NCBI GenBank assembly: GCA_903884185.1
Contig: CAISDV010000171.1
Span: 1,729 to 65,728, forward strand
Length of the DNA: 64,000 nt
Origin: an uncultured Chitinophagaceae bacterium
GTDB lineage: Bacteria > Bacteroidota > Bacteroidia > Chitinophagales > Chitinophagaceae
Reading direction: 5' to 3'
Position numbers and translations under genes: made by a program. Under the pieces are notes generated by a model. It searched no databases. It had not been told where the DNA came from and saw only the letters and a list, made by a program, of their open reading frames with translations. Positions 28,126-37,552 of the stretch are shown here, one piece after another; the stretch's first letter is position 1, and each line of letters begins with the position of its first letter.

Positions 28126-30501
28126 CTAATTACCCCGCCCAGAAGCAAACAAAGGCAATGAAAACCTTACCCCGCTGATGGTAGAACCATTTGGCTGGAA
28201 TCCCTGGATAAAGTCTAACCTCACAATTTTAAAGATATTTTCAAGCGAGATAAACGCTTCATAATAATGCGAGTTCTTATCAATATATAAAGCATTGCCA
28301 CCGAAAACAAGGAACCAGTTGAGCCTTCTGAACCCGGGTATCTTGTTTGTGAGCAAACCATTCAAATGATATTCTGCATGTGCCGTGGTATAAACATTCG
28401 CGATATTACTGTATTGATAATAAGGCAACAATTGAAAACTGCTCAGGTATTGGCTGGCAAATACAGTTTGGTTACCGAGATAATGCTGGTAATCAACATT
28501 CGAAACATTTTTTGCATTTAAGAAACCACCCACTTCCAGGCGATAATTGAAACGGCCGCCTAATTTAAAGTTCAGGTCGTCCGACATACCCAAATGCCAT
28601 TTGGTAAAATCAGCATTACTTCCAAAAGGCCCGTTCAACCCTTCTGTAACAGATAGATTGAATGTGGGGTATTTTGAACGGATGCCGATCTTCCTGTCGG
28701 GGAACTCAATATATTTTCCACCCGGCCTCCAGGTAATATTTTCAGTGATGGCGAATTCTTTATTGGAAATGATGCTGTTAGCCAGTGGTACCCTGTCCTG
28801 GTATTGTGCAGATATGGAAGCAGTAAATCCATCACCCAAACTCTTTGAATAACCCAGGCGAAGAAAATTGGCTTCATAAATTTTAAGGTAATCGCGTTTG
28901 TAATAAAAAGTGTTTTCAAGTCCGCTGATAGGGTCTGCATTATTTACCTGGAACACTTTTCGTCCGCCGGCAAAATTAAAACTGCTGTTATATTTTGTAC
29001 CAAAATTATACCGTCCCGCAACAGAAGCATTCAGGTGCGTGTTACCAAAACCATAACGAAGAGTGGGTGTAATAGATAACGATTTTCTTCCCTCCCATCG
29101 TTTAAAATAAGTGCCTGAAAAATTGGTCACATAGCCTTCAATATTATTATAACTATCAAAACTGGTCAACAATGGGTTGATAGAAATATTGCTTTTATTT
29201 TTTTCTGAATTGAAATTTTGTCCAAACAAAAGGAGTTTGGGTATGGTTACTTTATTTCTGCGCCTGTCGAGCGAATCCATGTACCGCGGCGATTTCCTTA
29301 CCTGTTCCAGGCTATCTTTTTTCACATAATCCCTGGCCTCAGCAGGAAGCAGTGGTATTGGGCGAATGCTGTCCCAATAAGCCAGTGTTCTTTTATTAGA
29401 GCTGTCCAAAAATTTGATGATCGTATTCCCAAAGAATTTCTTTTCATACACAGGCTCAATATTGTACTTATCATACACCTGCACAAAATTTCCAAAGAAA
29501 TCAAAATTGAATATTTTACCTGCGGGATAAATGACCTGCTGTTTCATCACCCAAACATTTTTTAAAGGCACGTATAATTGCTCAATTGTAAGGGTATCGA
29601 GGAATTGCATTTGCTGTTCCTTCAATGCCGTGAGCTGCACACTTTGCAGGCGCCACTCATCTTCAACAATATTTATATAGCCTGTAAATAATGGTTCATA
29701 TTTTCTTCTCGGTATCACTTTAATACGGCTTACTTCCCTTCCATTCTCAAAAAATGTTCCTTCAAAATGATATTTATAATAATTGAGTGCATTATTAGAG
29801 ATGGGTGAAATAAAACCGCGCGGGTTAAGTCCCTGTCCTATTGAAATATTATTCTCATAAAAAGAAAAGATCTGCGGAACGCTGAAACCAAACCCACCGG
29901 TTTGCCCGCTTACTTTGGTGGATATCACTTCCACCTTTTTTTTATTCTTTCCGTCAACCGAGTAATTGGCCAATCCTTCAGAGAGAAAGATCATCTTGCG
30001 TTTGCTGGTATCGCCATCTTCAAAATCCACTGTTTCGCCCAAAAATCTTTTGGGATAATTGCGGAGTTGTAATTGCCCTTTCAGATACACTTCACACTGA
30101 AATTGTTTCAATTCATTCAAATGCTCTTCGCGTTTTTTTATTGCCTGGCGGATGATCTCATAAGCCGGGTCTTCGCCACCGCTTTTTACTGTTACATTTT
30201 GCAGGTTATATTGCTGTTCCTGTAATTGAAAATCAATTTGTGAATCTGTTTTGCCTACGGTAATCTTTTTTTCTTCGGTGGCGTAACCTACATGCTGGCA
30301 AACAAGGGTATGTTCGCCGGGTTCAATGGGCAAACTATATTGGCCCTTGCTGTTGGCGGTGGTGCCTCGTGCCGTTCCTTTAATTAAAACCGATGCAAAG
30401 GGAAGTGGTTTTCCTTTTCCGTCTTTGACAATACCGGTGATGGTAGCAGCCCAGATAAATTGGGGGATGATGAATAACAGGCAGGATAAAGTTCTTTTCA
30501 T
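28126..30501 (-). CDS. CarboxypepD_reg-like + DUF5686-type large outer-membrane-like protein
   Basis: 791 aa; signal peptide, [37 protein letters not shown] motif, long beta-rich C-terminal region. Confidence 0.75.
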   Translation of the reverse strand: MKRTLSCLLFIIPQFIWAATITGIVKDGKGKPLPFASVLIKGTARGTTANSKGQYSLPIEPGEHTLVCQHVGYATEEKKITVGKTDSQIDFQLQEQQYNLQNVTVKSGGEDPAYEIIRQAIKKREEHLNELKQFQCEVYLKGQLQLRNYPKRFLGETVDFEDGDTSKRKMIFLSEGLANYSVDGKNKKKVEVISTKVSGQTGGFGFSVPQIFSFYENNISIGQGLNPRGFISPISNNALNYYKYHFEGTFFENGREVSRIKVIPRRKYEPLFTGYINIVEDEWRLQSVQLTALKEQQMQFLDTLTIEQLYVPLKNVWVMKQQVIYPAGKIFNFDFFGNFVQVYDKYNIEPVYEKKFFGNTIIKFLDSSNKRTLAYWDSIRPIPLLPAEARDYVKKDSLEQVRKSPRYMDSLDRRRNKVTIPKLLLFGQNFNSEKNKSNISINPLLTSFDSYNNIEGYVTNFSGTYFKRWEGRKSLSITPTLRYGFGNTHLNASVAGRYNFGTKYNSSFNFAGGRKVFQVNNADPISGLENTFYYKRDYLKIYEANFLRLGYSKSLGDGFTASISAQYQDRVPLANSIISNKEFAITENITWRPGGKYIEFPDRKIGIRSKYPTFNLSVTEGLNGPFGSNADFTKWHLGMSDDLNFKLGGRFNYRLEVGGFLNAKNVSNVDYQHYLGNQTVFASQYLSSFQLLPYYQYSNIANVYTTAHAEYHLNGLLTNKIPGFRRLNWFLVFGGNALYIDKNSHYYEAFISLENIFKIVRLDFIQGFQPNGSTISGVRFSLPLFASGRGN

Positions 30502-30661
30502 GGTTGGTAGAACGAATATAAGTCCATGCAGGTTACAATGAAAGGGGCTGATAATATTGTATGATTATTTTAACGTATGGGTGTTGGGCCGGGCTATAGC
30601 ATTTTATGCATCACCTCTTACAGTTTGCCAGCCATACTTAATTATTTTTTTATTTATAAAA

Positions 30662-30686
30662 ATTGTAATTACTTTGTACCTACAAT
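30662..30686. promoter_or_regulatory. candidate MazE operator dyad
   Basis: attgta-N13-tacaat ending 9 nt upstream of the mazE ATG. Confidence 0.3.
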
Positions 30687-30694
30687 ACATAAAT

Positions 30695-30940
30695 ATGGAC
30701 ATTGCAATTATCCCCATCGGCAATTCAAAAGGAATTCGATTAAACAAGACATTATTAGAGAAATACAATATTACAGATATCGTGGAGCTTATACTTGAAA
30801 AAGAATATATCATTATAAAACCCAAGACTGCAGCAAGAGCCGGTTGGGAAAAATCATTCAGGAAAATGCATGAGAATGGAGATGATAAATTGCTCATGCC
30901 GGATGTATTTGATGACGAAAATTTTGAAGAATGGAGTTAA
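30695..30940 (+). CDS. mazE: AbrB/MazE/SpoVT-family antitoxin
   Basis: Trimmed to ATG at 30695 (MDIAIIPIGNSKGIRLNKTLLEKYNI...); 10-nt overlap with the toxin gene. Confidence 0.75.
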   Translation: MDIAIIPIGNSKGIRLNKTLLEKYNITDIVELILEKEYIIIKPKTAARAGWEKSFRKMHENGDDKLLMPDVFDDENFEEWS

Positions 30941-31254
30941 AACAATACCAGGTTGTTTTGGTTAACCTTGACCCTACTGTTGGAAGTGAAATGAAAAAGA
31001 CACGCCCATGTGTTATTCTCTCACCAGACGAAATGAATAAATATTTACAGACAATTGTTATCGCGCCAATGACGAGTAGTTCGAAATCTTATCCTACAAG
31101 GGTCGAGGTGAGGCATAACAGAACAAAAGGTTGGGTTGTCTTAGACCAGATCAGGACAATTGACAGGCAAAGAATCATTAAAGTAGCTGGTATTCTGACT
31201 GACAAAGAGATAGGTAAAATAAAAGCAATTCTCAGAGAAACCTATGTTGATTAG
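30931..31254 (+). CDS. mazF: PemK/MazF-family endoribonuclease toxin
   Basis: 107 aa; VVLVNLDPTVGSEMKKTRPCVILSPDEMN...IVIAPMTS...LDQIRTID typical MazF. Confidence 0.85.
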   Translation: MELKQYQVVLVNLDPTVGSEMKKTRPCVILSPDEMNKYLQTIVIAPMTSSSKSYPTRVEVRHNRTKGWVVLDQIRTIDRQRIIKVAGILTDKEIGKIKAILRETYVD

Positions 31255-31319
31255 AATAGCAGCTGGATAAATTGTCAAATAATGTTTCTTAATTTTAATC
31301 ATACCTCAAATCCATCGCC

Positions 31320-31640
31320 ATGTTCAAAATAGTGCGGGTCATCTACACAGCAAAACCTGAGTATGTATCCCACAACAAAGAAAACATTGAAAGAGTGATG
31401 AAGGACCTTCGCGCAGCGAATCATTCCGGCATTAAATACGCTACTTACATACAGGAAGATGGCAAAACATTTATGCACTTCACTCATTTTGAAAATGAAG
31501 AAGCGAGTAAATTACTGAACAGCCTGCCATCATTCAAACAATTCCAGGACGAATTAAAAGCCAATGGGATTGAAGTTCCACCCAAAGCAGATCATTTATC
31601 ATTGGTAGATTCTTCGTATGATATCTTCAATAAATCTTAA
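31320..31640 (+). CDS. hypothetical small protein, possibly ABM/dimeric alpha-beta-barrel-like
   Basis: 106 aa ATG ORF; pattern of a ferredoxin-like small enzyme but no diagnostic motif. Confidence 0.45.
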   Translation: MFKIVRVIYTAKPEYVSHNKENIERVMKDLRAANHSGIKYATYIQEDGKTFMHFTHFENEEASKLLNSLPSFKQFQDELKANGIEVPPKADHLSLVDSSYDIFNKS

Positions 31641-33936
31641 CTGTTGTACTGTTGACATTATTTTCACAAGATTGTTATTTCACCGCGGAGACAGGGAGGC
31701 GGGGAGGTTCGCAGAGTTAAAATTCAGTAAATCAATACTCTGGTTCAAATTATATACAGTTGATGCTTCTTTACACCAGCCCCTCGATATGAGTAAAGTG
31801 GCGTACATTGAAATACTCGACAATAATAACAAACCCGTGATACAGGCCAAGATTGCTTTGAAGAATGGGGATGGCAATGGTTCCTTACCTCTCCCTGTTT
31901 CTATCGGCTCAGGAAAATATAAACTGCGCGCTTATACCAACTGGATGAAGAATTTTGGTGCAGATCATTTCTTTGAAAAAATTATTACTATCGTCAATAC
32001 ACAAAAAGCAAACGAAACTATTTCTTCTCCTAAACCGGATCAGTATGATATCCAGTTCTTCCCAGAGGGAGGTAACCTCGTAAATGGTATCCAGAGCAAA
32101 GTGGCTTTTAAAGCTACAGATCAAACCGGTAAGGGAGTTGCGTTTACAGGCTCCTTGTTAGATGAACAGGATAATGTCATCATTAAATCTTTCCAGCCTC
32201 TCAAATTTGGTATGGGTAATTTTAGTTTTACTCCAACCAGCGGGCATCATTATAAAGCCATAATAGATATCGCAGGAAAAAACAAGATCACGAAAGAATT
32301 GCCTTCTGTATATGCTGAAGGATATGTAATGAAAGTAACTACAGGTCAAAGTATCATTACTGTTACCGTTCAGACAAACATTAGTACAGCTGCCGAATTA
32401 TACCTTTTTGTCAATACTGGTCAGTCGGCTAAGTTCTCCTGGGCTGGCTTTATGCGAAATGGTATAGCGCATTTTTTGATAACAAAAGACAAACTCGGAG
32501 ATGGTATTTCACATTTTACTGTTTTTAACAGCGAACGCCAACCGGTATGTGAACGTTTATATTTTAAAGTTCCACAGGAATACTTGCAGATGTATGCATC
32601 TACTGACAATCCAGGTTATGCTCCAAGAAAAAAAGTAACATTGAACATTCTCGCTGCAACGCAAGCCGGGAAAACAAGCGAAGCAGATATGTCGATGTCT
32701 GTTTACAGATTAGACTCATTACAATCACCAGATGAAAATAATATCAGCAGTTACTTGTGGCTGAATTCAGAACTAGCCGGTACTATTGAATCGCCACAAT
32801 ATTATTTTGATAGTACCAGTATCCCTGAAGCAGCAGATAATCTAATGCTCACGCAAGGATGGAGAAGGTTTCGCTGGGAAGATGTTCTTCAGAATAAAAA
32901 ACCTTCCTTCACTTATGCTCCTGAATACAACGGGCATATCATTACCGGGAAAGTGATCGATACCCGCACAGGCTCCACCGCTGAAAATATAGAGAGTTAT
33001 CTTTCAGTTCCGGGAGTACGGACACAATTCTCACCGTCGCGCAGTGATGCATCCGGACAGGTGAAATTTGAAATGAAAGAAATGTATGGCTCATCTGAGA
33101 TCATTGTACAGACCAATTCGCGTGTCGACAGCTTGTATCGTGTAGACATTGCAAATCCGTTCTTTGAAAGCTATTCATCGCGCAAATTGCCATCGTTTCA
33201 TTTTACTTCGGATAACGCCACAAATTTTCTTACACATAGCATTGGCTCACAGGTACAGAATATTTACCTGGGCGACATGTTACAGCAATTCGGCATTCCT
33301 GCTTTAGATACCAATCCTTTGCAGGTACCTCGCGAATCAAGGTACTTACTGGACAACTATGTTCGCTTTGTTACTTTGGAAGAAGTACTACGCGAATATG
33401 TTTTGTCTGTGAATGTCCGCAAGAGAGAAGATAAATTTCATGTGTTGCTGTACGACCTTGCCAACAAAGTGTATTTTGAAAATGATGGATTGGTATTGCT
33501 GGATGGCGTGCCTGTTTTTGACCAGGACAAATTCATGAAATTCGATCCGTTAAAGATCAGGAAGGTGGAAGTGGTGGATAACAAGTATTTCCTTGGTGGT
33601 AATTATTTTGATGGAATATTAAATTGCTCAACGTACAAAGGAAACCTCGCAGATTTTGAGCTTGACCCGCATGCAACCGTGATAGACTATGATGGGTTAC
33701 AATTGCAAAGAGAATTTTATTCACCTCAATACGCCACAGAACAACAGTTAAACAGCCATCTCCCCGATTTCAGGAATGTGTTGTACTGGTCTCCGAATAT
33801 ACATACCAATACTTTGGGTAAGCAAACTACCAGTTTCTATACTTCCGATGTAAAGGGTAAATATGCAGTTGTATTGCAAGGGATTGCTGCCGATGGAAAA
33901 AGCGGGAGTAATGTGGTTACATTTAATGTGAAGTAA
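31618..33936 (+). CDS. large MG2/alpha-2-macroglobulin-like protein homolog, native 5' end apparently replaced by a repeat (possible pseudogene or neo-N-terminus)
   Basis: 772 aa; family-like sequence starts at ILWFKLYTVDASLHQPLDMSKVAYIEILD...YKLRAYTNWMKNFG; residues 20-36 are translated from a half hairpin repeat (31676-33); no signal peptide; alternative ATG at 31789. Confidence 0.55.
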   Translation: MISSINLNCCTVDIIFTRLLFHRGDREAGRFAELKFSKSILWFKLYTVDASLHQPLDMSKVAYIEILDNNNKPVIQAKIALKNGDGNGSLPLPVSIGSGKYKLRAYTNWMKNFGADHFFEKIITIVNTQKANETISSPKPDQYDIQFFPEGGNLVNGIQSKVAFKATDQTGKGVAFTGSLLDEQDNVIIKSFQPLKFGMGNFSFTPTSGHHYKAIIDIAGKNKITKELPSVYAEGYVMKVTTGQSIITVTVQTNISTAAELYLFVNTGQSAKFSWAGFMRNGIAHFLITKDKLGDGISHFTVFNSERQPVCERLYFKVPQEYLQMYASTDNPGYAPRKKVTLNILAATQAGKTSEADMSMSVYRLDSLQSPDENNISSYLWLNSELAGTIESPQYYFDSTSIPEAADNLMLTQGWRRFRWEDVLQNKKPSFTYAPEYNGHIITGKVIDTRTGSTAENIESYLSVPGVRTQFSPSRSDASGQVKFEMKEMYGSSEIIVQTNSRVDSLYRVDIANPFFESYSSRKLPSFHFTSDNATNFLTHSIGSQVQNIYLGDMLQQFGIPALDTNPLQVPRESRYLLDNYVRFVTLEEVLREYVLSVNVRKREDKFHVLLYDLANKVYFENDGLVLLDGVPVFDQDKFMKFDPLKIRKVEVVDNKYFLGGNYFDGILNCSTYKGNLADFELDPHATVIDYDGLQLQREFYSPQYATEQQLNSHLPDFRNVLYWSPNIHTNTLGKQTTSFYTSDVKGKYAVVLQGIAADGKSGSNVVTFNVK
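31676..31733. repeat. half word-hairpin, family a, inverted orientation
   Basis: tatttcaccgcggagacagggaggcggggaggttcgcagagttaaaattcagtaaatc matches the reverse complement of 39481-39540 at roughly 53 of 57 aligned positions (hand alignment). Confidence 0.8.
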
Positions 33937-33940
33937 AAAT

Positions 33941-34034
33941 TCACCGCAGAGTCGCAGAGACGGGGAGGTCCGCAGAGATAATTAACCATACTAAAGGCAC
34001 TCTGCGAAACTCCCCGCCTCCCTGTCTCCCCGGT
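33941..34034. repeat. word-hairpin, family a, complete
   Basis: tcaccgcagagtcgcagagacggggaggtccgcagag ... ctctgcgaaactccccgcctccctgtctccccggt; starts 5 nt after the stop at 33936. Confidence 0.85.
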
Positions 34035-34042
34035 AAAAAAAA

Positions 34043-34390
34043 TTAATGCTTTCGTAGATAACTCCCCGTCAGCGCCCCAAAACCCGCTACGAGTCCGCCT
34101 ACAAAAGCTGTGACCAGTATCAGGAGGACGTATGATCCACCCAGAGGGAGAATATGCGCCACTTTTTGAGAAAGAATATGTTCATTTGGATAATCCAAAA
34201 GCAAAGCCAGTATTCCCCATAATAAAAACAAAGAAAGAAACCCCGATACAAATGCTTTCCATGGCTTTTGGTGAATAGCTAAGGCTACTATCAACGCACA
34301 GAATACAAAACTCCACCAGGGCAGTGTAGTGTACAATCCGGCGGCATAACTTAATAATGCGGTGAGTATGATGGTTGTGATAAATTTCAT
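34043..34390 (-). CDS. small integral membrane protein
   Basis: 115 aa, four predicted TM helices, ATG start, 10 nt downstream of the acylase gene. Confidence 0.6.
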   Translation of the reverse strand: MKFITTIILTALLSYAAGLYTTLPWWSFVFCALIVALAIHQKPWKAFVSGFLSLFLLWGILALLLDYPNEHILSQKVAHILPLGGSYVLLILVTAFVGGLVAGFGALTGSYLRKH

Positions 34391-34400
34391 GATAAAAGAT

Positions 34401-36857
34401 TTATGCTTTTACAAAACTAATATGCCATTTCACCCTGTTGTTATGAGTGGCTTCTTCTTTTTTCAGGAATAGCAATGAATAATATTTTCCCTGCACCCAT
34501 GTGTCAAGAAACGTGTCATAATATTTGCTGCCGGGGTTTCCGCTTTGTCCGCCGGGGTACACAGCATACGCTTCCACGTTATCTGTCATGTGTACCACCA
34601 TACGCCAGCTTGGGCCATGATCGCCGGTAGTAGCATTGATGATATGAGTTCCGCCACCAACGGGCAAATGCAACCTGCTCAGTGCTGCCTGTTTCGTTAA
34701 ATGCATCACGTGCGTGTCTTTGAATGCAGACCAGTTCAGCTTGCCATCTTTTTCGATCTTCGTTAAACTATCTACTGCTTTTTTAAATGCTGCTGAAACA
34801 ATATCCGCCACATTCTCCACTTTATCTTTCGTAGTAATATCATCTGCAAATTTGTAAGTGCTGTCTTTGATGATGCTTTCTATCAGAACCGATTGATCAG
34901 GCCATGGCATGGGCAAAGTGGTTTGAGCAAACTCATCATCCCACATACCATGCTCAATATCATCCCACCATACTTTAAAAACAGTGGGCGCTTTTTCAGC
35001 CGTATCGTTTCTGAGGTTCCAGTTCTTAAATATGTCGAGGTATTTTTTAGAATTTTCATCCAATCCATTTTGCCTGAGATATTTCAATAACACCGGCCTG
35101 CATATTTCGGCAAACACATTATAGTTATCTGTTTGCAAAGCCTCCATATCCTGCGGTGTGATATCTTTCATGGCCGCAAGCCTGCGGTTAATGATATAAC
35201 CACGGTAAGGTGGAAAGGCAGTAGATTTTCCCAGATAATAAGGATAGGATTCATCAACAGGCTTCTGGTTGGCACTGCTTACAAAGCCACGTGCAGGATT
35301 CAGCATTTGCGGATTTTCTTCAACAGGAATAAAACCCTGCCACATATAAGACGAATCCGTTCCGGGCATGGCAAAATCGCCCTGCGATTTCCACTTTGCA
35401 ACAAATGCGCCCTGCTGTTTAATGGCAATGTCACCATTGTGGCAAGCAAACACAAAGTTTTGTCCGGGGCAATGGAAAGTAGATATGGCCATGCTGTAAT
35501 CGGCATAATTCTTTGCACGGTTCAGGTAATAAAATGTTCGCAGTTCATTGCTTGAATCATGTGCACTCCAGCGAAGGGCGTATGCTTTTGTTGTTTTATC
35601 AGATGACTTATAATTTTTATCATACATCACGGGGCCAAATACTGTCATTGCAATATTTTCAACATCATCGGGTTTGCCTTTTACTTTGATGGTCTCTTTT
35701 CTCCATTCTGATTTTACCCATTGTTTGTTGAACCAATATTCCTGCATGGTAGAATCCCTGAACTGTATCTCATAAAAATCTTTTACATCACGCCCTGCAT
35801 TGGTCTCACCCCAGGCACAACTATCATTAAAACCAATGATCACTGCCGGTGAACCCGGGAATGTAGCGCCATAAGTGTTGTGCGTAGGTGTGGTGATCTG
35901 CATTTCGTACCACAAAGAAGGAAGATTCAGTCCCAAATGCGGATCATTACAAAGAATGGGCTTACCGCTTTTTGTTTTGCTGCCTGCTACTGCCCAGTTA
36001 TTACTGCCATTATTTTTATTGGGGATGATGGGAACTTTCTTTGTAAAAGTATCTTTTCTTCCGAAGTAAGCAGAATCAATATTGGATGGCATTTTTACCT
36101 TGATACCCGGTTTTGCAAAAGCAGTCCCGCGGGGGATAATAGGATCCAGTGTATCCTGCTTATCAGGAAACAATTTCATATAATCGGCATAACCAAAAAC
36201 ATTTTTTGCATTGGTATATAAGAGGTCGTTGGATTGCCCGCTAAGATCATAACTCATGAATTTAAGAAAAAGGGCCGTCTTTAAATTCGTCCACGGCTCC
36301 GGCTTATAATCCATCATCTTATATTCAAACGGTATTTCATTCGGCTTGAGTGAAGAAATGTATGCATTCACTCCCGCTGTATATGAATCACAAACTTCTT
36401 TCATAACAGGGTCAGCTTCCGTGATGGCCAATGAATGTTCTGCAGCATATACCATTCCCAAGCGCCTGAAAAACTGGTCGGTGCTCAAACGTTCCTCTCC
36501 CACTATCTCGCTTAATCTTCCTGCAGCCACATACGTTTGAAATTCCATCTGCCATAAACGGAATTTCGCATGCAGGTAACCTTGTACATAATAGGCATCC
36601 GCATCATTTTCTGCATATACATGAGGAACAAGACGATCATCTATATAAACATCCGTAGTTGACTTAATGCCGGGTAGTTTAGTATTCTTATCGAAGGAAG
36701 TATTAGTGGGTTCGGCGTTCTGCCAGAATCCATATTGCGGCGAAAGAAAATAACCCAGCCTGGGGGTTTTGCTTCCCGCAACAGGCAATTGGGTATTCAG
36801 GGCTATGACCAGCCCTGTTGTTACTGCAGCAGAAACAATAAAGGGAACAATACGCAT
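34401..36857 (-). CDS. penicillin acylase family (S45 Ntn-hydrolase) protein
   Basis: 818 aa; autoprocessing site GSNNWAVAGSKTKSGKPILCNDPHL. Confidence 0.85.
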   Translation of the reverse strand: MRIVPFIVSAAVTTGLVIALNTQLPVAGSKTPRLGYFLSPQYGFWQNAEPTNTSFDKNTKLPGIKSTTDVYIDDRLVPHVYAENDADAYYVQGYLHAKFRLWQMEFQTYVAAGRLSEIVGEERLSTDQFFRRLGMVYAAEHSLAITEADPVMKEVCDSYTAGVNAYISSLKPNEIPFEYKMMDYKPEPWTNLKTALFLKFMSYDLSGQSNDLLYTNAKNVFGYADYMKLFPDKQDTLDPIIPRGTAFAKPGIKVKMPSNIDSAYFGRKDTFTKKVPIIPNKNNGSNNWAVAGSKTKSGKPILCNDPHLGLNLPSLWYEMQITTPTHNTYGATFPGSPAVIIGFNDSCAWGETNAGRDVKDFYEIQFRDSTMQEYWFNKQWVKSEWRKETIKVKGKPDDVENIAMTVFGPVMYDKNYKSSDKTTKAYALRWSAHDSSNELRTFYYLNRAKNYADYSMAISTFHCPGQNFVFACHNGDIAIKQQGAFVAKWKSQGDFAMPGTDSSYMWQGFIPVEENPQMLNPARGFVSSANQKPVDESYPYYLGKSTAFPPYRGYIINRRLAAMKDITPQDMEALQTDNYNVFAEICRPVLLKYLRQNGLDENSKKYLDIFKNWNLRNDTAEKAPTVFKVWWDDIEHGMWDDEFAQTTLPMPWPDQSVLIESIIKDSTYKFADDITTKDKVENVADIVSAAFKKAVDSLTKIEKDGKLNWSAFKDTHVMHLTKQAALSRLHLPVGGGTHIINATTGDHGPSWRMVVHMTDNVEAYAVYPGGQSGNPGSKYYDTFLDTWVQGKYYSLLFLKKEEATHNNRVKWHISFVKA

Positions 36858-36931
36858 ACCGTTAGTTTAGAGAATTGAAAATAATGAATTTTTTATTATA
36901 CCCGCTGAAGAATTACTATGCATCAAAGGTT

Positions 36932-36994
36932 GCCACAGAAACACAGAGACACAGAGGGTTGAGCCATTCTTCTGTGTTTCTGTGCCTCTGTGGC
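36932..36994. repeat. word-hairpin, family b (GCCACAGAAACACAGAGGCACAG type)
   Basis: gccacagaaacacagagacacagaggg ... ttctgtgtttctgtgcctctgtggc. Confidence 0.85.
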
Positions 36995-37011
36995 TAAAAT
37001 GTCTTGAACAA

Positions 37012-37042
37012 GATTATCGGATTACTGGATGGGCAGGATTAG
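37012..37042. repeat. 8-nt periodic stutter tract (GATTANNG)
   Basis: gattatcg gattactg gatgggcag gattag; a related string (gatcggcaggatta in reverse complement) occurs at about 46665-46680. Confidence 0.7.
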
Positions 37043-37119
37043 CTTACGTTTACCCATCAGATCTATCTTAAACAAATAATCGTGTTCAGACCGACGAAAT
37101 GTATACTGTATTACCTTAA

Positions 37120-37503
37120 TTATAAATGCCCTTGCTTAATAAATACTATAATTGGTATTGAAACAATCAATACAACTATATAAATAATCAAAAAAAAATT
37201 CCCCCGTTTAATATCGAGTGGCGAATAATACATTTTCTTTAAATCTGATTTTTTTACAACAAAAGAAAGTATTAAAAAAATTGGAATGCTGCATAAGGCA
37301 ATTATTGCAAAATTTTGGCCTCTAGAATTATCGCTCTTCATAGGTAATAAATTTATTAAATCAAAAAGCACTACAATTTGAAAAAAATGAAGGCACACCA
37401 ACATAAAAAGGGCAATTAATGTACTAACATATGGAATATCCTTAGTAGAACCAGAAGAGTAGTACTTGTAAAGTAAGTAGCTAGCAAATTTTATTGTTTT
37501 CAT
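37120..37503 (-). CDS. hypothetical membrane protein (AT-rich orphan)
   Basis: 127 aa, 3-4 TM helices, very AT-rich codon usage compared with flanking bioF and acylase genes. Confidence 0.5.
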   Translation of the reverse strand: MKTIKFASYLLYKYYSSGSTKDIPYVSTLIALFMLVCLHFFQIVVLFDLINLLPMKSDNSRGQNFAIIALCSIPIFLILSFVVKKSDLKKMYYSPLDIKRGNFFLIIYIVVLIVSIPIIVFIKQGHL

Positions 37504-37552
37504 TATTAATTATTTATCCATCCTCGGTTTCATATCACAAACCGAATAAAGG

